Shown here: positions 1 to 8,438 of the stretch, piece by piece | How the letters are laid out: each line of letters starts with the position of its first letter | How positions within the stretch are numbered: position 1 is the first letter of the stretch | DNA from: Octopus sinensis | Taxonomy: Eukaryota | DNA: 13,073 nucleotides | Reading direction: 5' to 3' | NCBI RefSeq assembly: GCF_006345805.1 | Contig: NW_021826380.1 | Span: 1-13,073 of the forward strand | Notes under the pieces: model-generated | Seen by the model: only the letters and a program-made list of their open reading frames with translations | Database searches by the model: none | Told to the model about the DNA's origin: nothing | Position numbers and translations under genes: made by a program

Positions 1-1021
1 AACTCTGCTGTTGTTAGCTGTGACTGTAAGGGACCAGTTCACACGGCGTTTCGTAGACGTAGGATGGGTACGTAGATGGGACGAACAAGTCAATGCTGTC
101 GTTATGGAATGTTACTACCTGAGCAACCCTGTAGATGAAAATGGTGTTCATCTAAAGGGACACCAACAACTGAAAATAGGTGGATAAAGAAAAGAATGCA
201 TGGACAATTTTATAGGAATGTTGAAGATATGACAGACAGAAAAAAAATGGCTATGGATGACTAAAAGTGGTTTAAAACCGGAAATGGAGGCTCTAATCTG
301 TGCTGCCCAAGAGCAAGTATTAAGAACCAATTACATCAAATATAAAAGTGATATAAAAGTGACAACACAAAGTGATAAGTGCAGAATTTGTGGACAAAAT
401 GGTGAAACCGTATGGCATATTACTAGTCAATGTACGCCACTAGCCCAGAAGGAATATAAGAGACGTAATAACAATCCAGCAATGATTGTCCATTGGACAC
501 TTTGCAACAAGTATGGACTTGACAGAGCAAAATGATGGTACGAACATAAACCCGAAATCATCATCGAAAATGATAATGCAAAGATCCTATGAGATTTTAT
601 GATTCAGTTCGACCATAATAGAAAATAGGAAACCAGACATAGAGTGTTCTGAGAAAGGAAGCAAACGATGCTGGATCACAGATATAGCGTGCCCAGCTGA
701 CAACAAGGTATACGATAAGAAAGAAAGAAAAGTCGACAGATATGACAGGTTAGCTTGGGCGGTTAAGCAGTTGTGATCAATGAAAAAGGTGGTAGTAGTA
801 CCAATAATTGTCGGAACCCTGGGAACAGTGAGTAAAAATCTTGAGAAGTACATGGAACAAATAGGGGCTGCAATAAGGGTGGAGCACTGGCAGAAAACAG
901 CGCTGCTTGGAACCGCTCGAATACTCGGATGGCGTTCGAAAGATAAGGTTCACTGGTAGTTCACTGGTAGTAAACAGCTGGCACCGTAGTACATCTTCAG
1001 CGTTAGAAGCTGTGCAAAGAC
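1..1021 (+). mobile_element. R4/Dong-clade non-LTR retrotransposon, family A; internally deleted and decayed (N-terminal region joined to post-RT/CCHC/RLE region and 3' UTR)
   Basis: Frame +2 from 68 reads VRRWDEQVNAVVMECYYLSNPVDENGVHLKGHQQ, resembling the R4/Dong N-terminal Myb-like segment (recall). From 181: WIKKRMHGQF, then WLWMTKSGLKPEMEALICAAQEQVLRTN, CRICGQNGETVWHITSQC (CCHC), RKPDI..CWITDIACP..K..RY (RLE) and PIIVGTLG..QKTALLGTARIL. Several stops and frameshifts. Ends in (AAT)n at 1022. Confidence 0.9.
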
Positions 1022-1073
<52 letters not shown>

Positions 1074-1083
1074 TAATAATAAT
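1022..1083 (+). repeat. (AAT)n microsatellite; tail/target between elements A and B
   Basis: About 20 AAT units with one interruption. Confidence 0.98.
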
Positions 1084-2983
1084 GAGAACTGTCACAACAA
1101 GCGCAGAAATCTCAGCACCGCATGGATTGACTACAAAAAGGCCTTCGACAGTATACCGCATCCATGGATCTTGAGATCGCTGGACATCTTCAAAATTTCC
1201 CCTGTGATTTCAAACTTCCTGAAGCACAATATGTCGTTGTGGAATACGAATCTCCAATTATACCACTCTAATGGAGTACTTGCCTCAGAAAATATAAACA
1301 TCAACTGTGGAATTTTTCAAGGTGACTCACTTTCACCTTTAATATTCTGCATAGCCCTAATACCCCTTACAAGTGAATTAAACAGAACAGGGTATGGGTA
1401 TAAAATTGCCAATAAAAAAATAAGCCATCTATTTTATATGGATGACTTAAAACTTTATGGTAAAGACAATAATGAACTTGAAGGCCTATTGCACACCGTG
1501 AAAGCATTCAGCGATGACATCGGGATGGAGTTTGGACTTGAGAAGTGTGCCAAGGCCACTTTCCAGAAAGGGAAAGTGAAGACCACAAATTCAGTCGTGT
1601 TAGATGTTGACACAGTCATAAGAGAGCTTGAGCAAGAAAACATACAAATATTTAGGGATAAATGAAGGCTCTGGTATTCAGCATGCAAGCATGAAAGAGA
1701 AAATCAGGAAGGAATGTTATAGGAGAGTTCGTGCAGTCCTGAAATCTGAACTAAATGCACGTAACAAGGTGTTAGCTAAAATTCCTTAGCAGTTCCAGTT
1801 GTTACTTATAGCTACAATGTGTTGAACTGGAATATGAGTGAAGTAAAGAATATAGATAGAAAAATACGCAAGCTGCTGAGTTGTAATAGGATGCACCACC
1901 CAAAGGCAGACGTAGATCGCCTTTACCTTCCCAGAGCCCAAGGAGGTCGAGGCCTGATCCAATTTGAACTAGCTTACAAAACAACCACAATTGGACTGGC
2001 CAAATATCTCGAAATATCGAATGACTGGATGCTAAAGCTCGTGGAAAATCACGAGAGACGAAAGAAGCTTCATTCTATCATAAAGGAAGCAAAAAATTTG
2101 CTATTGATCTCGTGCAGGATACCCAAACTGAACAACCCGAGGGAAGTACGGCAACTATTGTTGCAAAGAAGGTGAAAATGATGGCAATGAAAAAAGCGCA
2201 CGAGCAATTGGCTGATAGGTGGGAGGAGAAACCTCTGCACGGCAAATATGTGACCCGCAGCAAACAAGCTGATGTTGACCAGAAGCAAACCCATCAGTGG
2301 CTACGGAGCTCAGGGCTAAAAGCAGAGAGCGAAGGTTTCATCCTGGCTGCTCAAGATCAAAGCCTATTAACCCGGAACTACCAGGCCAATGTGATGAAAA
2401 ATGGAGCAGACCCAAAATGCCGATTCTGCAACGACATGATTGAAACAGTGGACCACCTAATCTCTGGATGTAAAGTCTTAGCACCAGTGGAGTATAAATT
2501 AAGACATGACAGAGTTGGCCAATATCTCCACTGGCTAATAAGTCGGCATTACAATATCAAAACTGCCGACAAGTGGTATAATCACCACCCTGAGGCTGTA
2601 ACTGAAGGAGAAAATGTAACCATTCTGTGGGACTTTCAGTACATACAGACCGAACCATCAAGGCCAATAAACCAGATATTGTGTTGAAAGACCAAAACAA
2701 TAAAGTTTGCTTATTGATCGACATGAGCATCCCCTGTGATCATAATATCTCAGCGAAAGAGTTTGACAAGCTCAGAAAATATAAAGACCTACTCATTGAA
2801 ATTGAGAAAATGTGGCATCTCAAGGCGGTTACAATACCAGTGATCGTAGGAGCACTAGGAATGATCAAGAAGGGAACCGAAAATTATATGAGAATGATCC
2901 CTGGCTTACCATCCCTGCAAGAAGTGCAAAAGATTGTCTTAACTGGTACATCACACGTATTGAGAAGAGCATTGTCGATGTGA
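1084..2983 (+). pseudogene. Frameshifted RT + CCHC + restriction-like endonuclease ORF of element B (joins ORF-track pieces 1171-1665, 1819-2175, 2112-2687, 2627-2983)
   Basis: RT motifs IDYKKAFDS, GIFQGDSLSP, FYMDDLKLY, YKYLG; LYLPRAQGGRGL; CRFCNDMIETVDHLISGC; RHDRVG; NKPDIV..LIDMSIP..K..KY. Four frameshifts (~1638, ~1778, ~2093, ~2637) and no in-frame stops. Confidence 0.95.
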
Positions 2984-3168
2984 GAACTGTTGCTGCTCAT
3001 GTATTTTAATAACTTAAAAAAAAAAAAAAAAAAAAAAATGAACGAACTACTGAGTTTGGTTTAATGGCCTACCAATGTATACTATGAGTTTCTTTGCCCT
3101 AGGAGTCGGGAAGACACTCGGCAAGAAATGGAAGAAATTGAAGCGAATTTGAAAAGAGAAAAAAAAAG
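1084..3168 (+). mobile_element. R4/Dong-clade non-LTR retrotransposon, family B; 5'-truncated within RT, complete 3' end
   Basis: Starts abruptly after (AAT)n with ENCHNKRRNLSTAWIDYKKAFDSIPH. ORF stop at 2983, then a ~185-nt 3' UTR with an internal A run (3017-3038), ending in (TAA)n at 3169-3186. Confidence 0.95.
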
Positions 3169-3188
3169 TAATAATAATAATAATAAAA

Positions 3189-3735
3189 TGCCTGATGCAG
3201 TACCAGGCAGTGGCTCTCAGGCTTTCTGATCTTAACTGATTGGAAGTGTTATCATGTACATTGTTTTGTCTTGGTATAAAAGATGGCTACAGCAAATATT
3301 CTGCTCAATACCACAGATTTGCTTGTCAGTTGTTTGACCTTAACCAGTTGAGATGTCCTTAGTGGCTGACGATATGTGCATCTCTGATCACGAGCAGAAG
3401 TAGTGGGGGAGCATCATAGCCATTGTTGAGAGGGATTCTTTGGGGTTTGAATAATTCACCTCTGGAAACATGGGGTGGTTCGTTCAAAATCCTTAAACAA
3501 CCCTTATTAGGACCTTTTGAGCGGGATGGGCTACTCAACCTGAAGAAAATTCTAACTGGGCCCCACCTGCAAGGTCATGTGCTGTTTATCTTGATATGAA
3601 TCACCATGTCGCGCACATTGGTTGTGATGCATGTGCCTGGTGTACCTTTATCAGACGGGTAGTCATGATGGGTATATTAAACTTCGTATGTTTTACCCCA
3701 GTGTCACTTTGATGGCATGCACTGCTCTCTCACTC
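3189..3735 (+). mobile_element. ~550-bp non-coding interspersed element, copy 1 (unclassified; strand label arbitrary)
   Basis: Homologous over its length to 4913-5470 (reverse) and 11464-12005. Begins cctgatgcagtaccaggcag, ends gcactgctctctcactc. AAT tracts on both sides. Confidence 0.9.
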
Positions 3736-3754
3736 AATAATAATAATAATAATA

Positions 3755-3786
<32 letters not shown>

Positions 3787-3789
3787 AAT
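3736..3789 (+). repeat. Compound (AAT)n(GAT)n microsatellite
   Basis: Direct reading. Confidence 0.95.
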
Positions 3790-3790
3790 G

Positions 3791-3992
3791 TTTTCTACTC
3801 TAGGCACAAGGCCCGAAATTTGGGGGGAGAGGTCAGTCGATTAGATCGACCCCAGTACGCAACTGATACTTAATTTCTCGACCCTGAAATGATGGAAGGC
3901 AAAATCGACCTCGGCGGAATTTGAACTCAGAACGTAAAGACAGACGAAATACCGCTAAGCATTACGCCCGGCGTGCTAACGTTTCTGCCAGC
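3791..3992 (-). mobile_element. tRNA-head SINE, monomer
   Basis: Reverse strand reads gctggcagaaacgttagc (A-box-like), gagttcaaattcc (Pol III B box), core gccttccatcatttcagggtcgagaaattaagtatcag and tail ggccttgtgcctagagtagaaaa. Same family as 6621, 7459, 7855, 8306 and 9444. Confidence 0.9.
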
Positions 3993-4003
3993 AATAATAA
4001 TAA

Positions 4004-4050
<47 letters not shown>
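3993..4050 (+). repeat. Compound (AAT)n(AGT)n microsatellite
   Basis: Direct reading. Confidence 0.95.
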
Positions 4051-4066
4051 ACCGATCAATAATAAT

Positions 4067-4496
4067 GTTAAGTGCAAAATAGACAACACTACCGACTGTA
4101 GCAAATGCAGAATGTGTAGTAAGAGGAGTGAAACGGTATGGCACGACGCGAAATTGGCACAACGCGAATATAAAAGACACCATGACAATATGGCAAAATG
4201 ATCCATTAGGGGGCTCTCTGGAAATCACGGCCTACAAAGAGGAAAGAAGTGATATGAGCAAACCTCAGAAGGAGTCACCGAGAATGAGAATTGCAAAATC
4301 CTGTGGGATGCAATGATCCAGTGCAGTCACCTGACCAGACATCAGAAACCGGACATTGTTGTGGTGAATAAGAAAGAAAGAACATGTATGATATTCGACA
4401 TAGCGTGTCCCGGTGACAACAGGATCAATGTGAAAGAAGAAGAAAAAAATAAACAACTATGACGATTTAAAATGGGAAATACGAAGGTTGTGCTCA
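4067..4496 (+). mobile_element. R4/Dong-clade fragment D (CCHC + RLE), decayed, truncated at both ends
   Basis: VKCKIDNTTDCSKCRMCSKRSETVWH..LAQREYKRHHDNMA; EGVTENENCKILWDAMIQC..QKPDIVVVNKKERTCMIFDIACPGDNRINVKEEEK..YDDLKWEIRRL. Preceded by aataataat. Confidence 0.9.
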
Positions 4497-4500
4497 ATTA

Positions 4501-4539
<39 letters not shown>

Positions 4540-4627
4540 GTTATTGTTATTGTTATTTTTATTGTTATTATTATTATTATTATTGTTATTATTATTGTTA
4601 TTATTATTGTTATTATTATTATTATTA

Positions 4628-4659
<32 letters not shown>

Positions 4660-4859
4660 GTTATTATTATTGTTGTTGTCGTTGTTGTTGTTGTTATTAT
4701 TATTATTATTATTGGTGTTGTTATTATTATTATTATTGTTGTTGTTGTTGTTATTATTATTGTTGTTGTTGTTGTTATTATTATTGTTTGTTGTTGTTGT
4801 TATTATTATTATTATTGTTGTTATTATTATTATTATTGTTATTGTTATTGTTATTATTG

Positions 4860-4912
<53 letters not shown>
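4497..4912. repeat. 416-bp compound (ATT/GTT)n microsatellite
   Basis: Direct reading; source of the poly-L/Y/N/I ORF-track entries. Confidence 0.98.
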
Positions 4913-5470
4913 GAGTGAGTGAGAGAGCAGTGCATGCCATCAAAGTGACACTGGGGTATAATTATACGAAACTCAGTATACCCATGATGACTACCCGTCT
5001 GATAAAGGTACACTAGGCACATGCATCACAACCATATGTGCATGACATAGTGATCTCATATCAAGAGAAACAGTACATGACCTTGCAGGTGGAGTCCAGT
5101 TAGAATTTTATTTTAGTCAAGTAGCCCATCCCACTCAAAAGGTGCCCATATAAGGGGTTGTTTAAGGATTTTGAACGAAACACCCATGTTTCCAAAGGTG
5201 AATCATCCAAACCTCCAACAATCCCTATCAACACATGGCTATGATGCTCCTCCACTACTTCTGCTTGTGATCAGAGATGCACATATCGTCAGCCACTAAG
5301 GGACATGCTCAACTGGTTAAGGTCAAACAACTGACAAGAAAATCTGTGGTATTGAACAGAATATTTGCTGTAGCCCATCTTTTATACCAAGACAAAACAA
5401 TGTACATGATAACACTTCCAATCAGTTAAGATCAGAAGCCACGAGAGCCACTGCCTGGTATTGCATCAGG
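4913..5470 (-). mobile_element. ~550-bp non-coding element, copy 2 (inverted relative to copies 1 and 3)
   Basis: Reverse complement starts cctgatgcaataccaggcagtggctctc and ends gcactgctctctcactcactc. Flanks are also inverted (ATT on +). Confidence 0.9.
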
Positions 5471-5510
5471 ATTATTATTATTATTATTATTATTATTATT
5501 GTTGTTGTTT

Positions 5511-5560
<50 letters not shown>

Positions 5561-5577
5561 ATTATTATTATTATTAT
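5471..5577. repeat. (ATT)n(GTT)n(ATT)n microsatellite
   Basis: Direct reading. Confidence 0.97.
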
Positions 5578-5578
5578 A

Positions 5579-5690
5579 ACTAGGCATGATCGTGTTGGCC
5601 AATACCTGCACTGGAGCATATGTTGTCCCTACGATATCACATCCAGAGCCAGTCACTGAGGGGGATTATGAGATACATACAGACAGGCAA
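5579..5690 (+). mobile_element. Short R4/Dong fragment related to family B, with two internal deletions
   Basis: TRHDRVGQYLHWSIC, HPEPVTEG and DYEIHTDR match B's RHDRVGQYLHW, HPEAVTEG and DF.VHTDR. Confidence 0.8.
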
Positions 5691-5843
5691 GGGGGGCCGT
5701 TATATAGCCATCCTATCATCGTGACTTCTTACAGCAGCCCTGAAGACCGTGTGGGAGAGGAGGGAGAGAGAGGTGGTTGACGACGAGGAAGCAGGTAAGC
5801 TCGCCGAAATTCCAGCGTGGGGACAAAACCATGTATAGAAATC

Positions 5844-6462
5844 TACCTGGGAATACTTGAGGCAGATGGAATCAAACACTACGATATGAAGGAAAAGACA
5901 AAAAAAGAGATTACCTGCGGTGAGTGAGAAAAATATTGGCTTCAAAGCTGAATGCCAGAAACATAATTTCGGCAATAAACTCGCGAGCAGTCACAGTAGT
6001 TCAGTATGGCGCTGGGATCCTGAAGTGAACGGAGGAGCTAAAGGAGATGGACAAGAAGTCAGGAAAGCTCCTAACGATGTATGGACCCCATCATCCATGT
6101 ACAGACACTGATCGCCAATACATGAAGAGAGCAAATGGAGGAAGACGACTGATAAGTATGGAAGACTTCGTGCGTACCGAACTCGAAAGATTAATGAGAT
6201 ACCTAGCCCAAAAGAAGGAAACCTTGCTACTGTCAGTTAGGAGCGAGGGAATATTGAGAGCAGAGAAAAGGAAAAACAAAGGAAGAAGTACAAAAAGGGC
6301 AGGAAGAACAATTACGCAAGAAGGGACTGCATAATCAATTCCATGTAGCCACAACAGAAGTTGCTGGAAAAAATAGGTGGGATTGGCTGATGAAAGGAAC
6401 ATTAAAAAAAAGACAGGAGAGCACTATACTGGCAGTGTAAGACCAAGCGTTGACCATGAACT
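5844..6462 (+). mobile_element. R4/Dong-clade fragment G (end of RT/thumb/linker), decayed
   Basis: YLGILEADGIKHYDMKEK; VRKILASKLNARNIISAINSRAVTVVQYGAGIL; ELKEMDKKSGKLLTMYGPHHPCTDTDRQYMKRANGGRRLIS; KKGLHNQF; WDWLMKGTLKK; DQALTMN. Collinear with B ~1640-2380. Confidence 0.9.
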
Positions 6463-6572
6463 GAAGGGTCAACTGTCTCTAGTTTCCTACCAACATTTGC
6501 TAAACCATTTCTCTATTGTTTGCAAGCCGCGCTGTTTAATATCTTTATCGTATTAAAGTATATGCTGATGAA

Positions 6573-6596
6573 GGTGGTGGTGGTGGTGGTGGTGGT
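6573..6596 (+). repeat. (GGT)8 microsatellite
   Basis: Direct reading. Confidence 0.9.
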
Positions 6597-6620
6597 ATTT
6601 GCTTCAATATTCTCCATCTT

Positions 6621-6839
6621 AAAGGCAAAGCGAGCTTAGCAGAAACGTTAACACGTCTTTACGTTCCGAGTTCCAATTCCGCCGAGGTTGACTTTGCCTT
6701 TCATCCTTTCGGGGTCGATAAAGTAAGTACCAGTTGCTGCGTACTGGGGGGGGGGGGTCGATCTAATCGACTGCACCCCACCCTTCACCCCGCCACCAAC
6801 TCTCCCAAAATTTTAGCTCTTGTGCCTAGAGTAGAAATG
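6621..6839 (+). mobile_element. tRNA-head SINE monomer with 15-bp target-site duplication
   Basis: Family head, core and tail present, with a ~30-bp deletion in the head. Flanked by aatattctccatctt (6606-6620) and aatattctccgtctt (6840-6854). Confidence 0.9.
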
Positions 6840-7360
6840 AATATTCTCCGTCTTGCGTGTCACTGTTGATGCTGCTGGTTATATTTCTGCGGTGCTATGC
6901 TGGCAGTATTGCTTCCATGCTTTTTTTCAGGAGTCGCTTTTGTTATAATCATCGTAGTCGTGGCGGTTGCAGTTGCTGTCATCACTGTTGTTATTCATAT
7001 ATTCTCTGTTAAATGTAGCATATAACGGTAGGTAAAGCCTTTCATTATGAATCTTCCGAAAACAAATCTCCTCCCTCGATTTCAGAAATCGTTTTACCTT
7101 TTTTTTCTTTTTTTTTCTTTTCTTTTTTTTTTTTTATTTTCTCAAAAACTTATGTATACTACATTCGCTCATTAAAATTTCAGAATTCGCCGCCTCGAAG
7201 GGACGAAAATTTTACACAGCCAACAAACCTCAAAAGATCTTAGTTGACTTTATAACAGAATGGTACAAGAGAAACCAAAATTACTTTGTTCAAAGCAACC
7301 ACAACTCGGCAACAGCTTACGAGGTTCTAATCAACGTCATTCACTTGCAAACACCATGAA

Positions 7361-7447
7361 AATAGTAATAATGAAACTAATAATAATAATAACAACAACA
7401 ACGAAAACAATAACAATAACAACAGCAACAACAACAACAACAGTAAT
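7361..7447 (+). repeat. Degenerate (AAT/AAC)n microsatellite
   Basis: Direct reading. Confidence 0.85.
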
Positions 7448-7458
7448 ATACCCGTAAT

Positions 7459-7850
7459 GCGAGCTAGCAGAAGCGTTAGCACGCCGGGTGAAATGCTAAG
7501 CGGTATTTCGTCTGCCGTTACGTTCTAAGTTCAAATTCCGCCGAGGTCGACTTTGCCTTTCATCCTTTCGGGGTCGATTAAATAACTACCAGTCATGCAC
7601 TGGGGTCGATGTAATCCACTTAATCCGTTTGTCTGTCTTTGTTTGTCCTCTCTGTGTTTAGCCCCTTGTGGGTAGTAAAGAAATAGGTATTTCGTCTGTC
7701 TTTACGTTCTGAGTTCGAATTCCGCTAAGGTCGATTTTGCCTTTCGTTCTTTCGGGGTCGACAAAGTAAATACCAGTTGCGTACTGGGTTCGATCTAATC
7801 GACTGGCTCCTTCCTAAAAAATTTTGGGCCTTGTGCCTACAGTAGAAAAG
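7459..7850 (+). mobile_element. Dimeric tRNA-head SINE (left arm of inverted pair)
   Basis: Head + B box + core + linker (taatccgtttgtctgtc...gccccttgtgggtagtaaagaaatagg), then from ~7686 a second headless unit with B box gagttcgaattcc, core and tail. Confidence 0.9.
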
Positions 7851-7854
7851 AATA

Positions 7855-8241
7855 CTTTATACTATATGCACAAGGCCTGAAATTTGGAGGAGGGAAATAG
7901 TCGAGTACATCGATCCCAGTGCTCAACTCGTATTTATTTAATTTGATCCCGAAATGATGAAAGGCAAGTGGATCTCGGCAGAATTTGAACTCAGAACGTA
8001 AAGACGGACGAAATTCCTATTTCTTTACTATCCACAAGGGGCTAAATATAGAGGGGACGAACAAGGACAGACAAACGGATTAAGTCGATTTTATCGACCC
8101 CAGTGCGTAACTGGTACTTATTTAATCGACCCCGAAAGGATGAAAGGTAAAGTCGACCTCGGCGGAATTTGAATTCAGAACGTAGCGGCAGACGAAATAC
8201 TGCTGGACATTTCGCTAACGCTTCTACCAGTTCGCTGCCTT
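7855..8241 (-). mobile_element. Dimeric tRNA-head SINE (right arm of inverted pair)
   Basis: Reverse complement has the same two-unit architecture and the same linker/junction (gccccttgtggatagtaaagaaataggaatttcgtc). Confidence 0.9.
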
Positions 8242-8243
8242 GT

Positions 8244-8244
<1 letters not shown>

Positions 8245-8305
<61 letters not shown>
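8245..8305 (+). repeat. (TAA)n microsatellite; reads as the (ATT)n tail of the adjacent - strand SINE fragment
   Basis: About 20 perfect units. Confidence 0.97.
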
Positions 8306-8392
8306 CCATTCTACTTTTGACACAAGGCCTGGATTTCTGTGGGGACGGGTACAATCGATCGCATCAACCCAAGTACTTGACTGGTACCTTAT

Positions 8393-8394
<2 letters not shown>
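8306..8394 (-). mobile_element. SINE 3' fragment
   Basis: Reverse reads aaataaggtaccagtcaagtacttgggttgat...aggccttgtgtcaaaagtagaatgg then (ATT)n. Confidence 0.75.

Positions 8395-8436
<42 letters not shown>
8395..8436 (+). repeat. (AAT)14 microsatellite
   Basis: Direct reading. Confidence 0.97.

Positions 8437-8438
<2 letters not shown>

Noticed and set aside
587-853. Antisense ORFs over the Dong elements (587-853, 1455-1688, 2070-2294, 6091-6402, 10664-10858)
   Set aside because: Shadow frames of the + strand retrotransposon coding sequence.
3631-3873. Recurrent short ORF MCLVYLYQTGSH in 550-bp copies 1 and 2
   Set aside because: Frame is not conserved across the three copies and runs into microsatellite; it reflects DNA repeat identity, not coding.
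4472-5022. Long ORFs of poly-L, poly-Y/C and poly-N/I (also 3962-4228, 5422-5656, 8042-8502, 9352-9880, 11290-11496)
   Set aside because: Stop-free reading of trinucleotide microsatellites; no protein-like content.
5740-5812. Hammerhead-like ctgaaga...cgaaa
   Set aside because: No stem II closing pair or stems I/III could be formed by eye.
7459-7545. Possible tRNA gene (A-box-like and B-box motifs)
   Set aside because: No full cloverleaf; the motifs belong to a multi-copy SINE head followed by core and tail.
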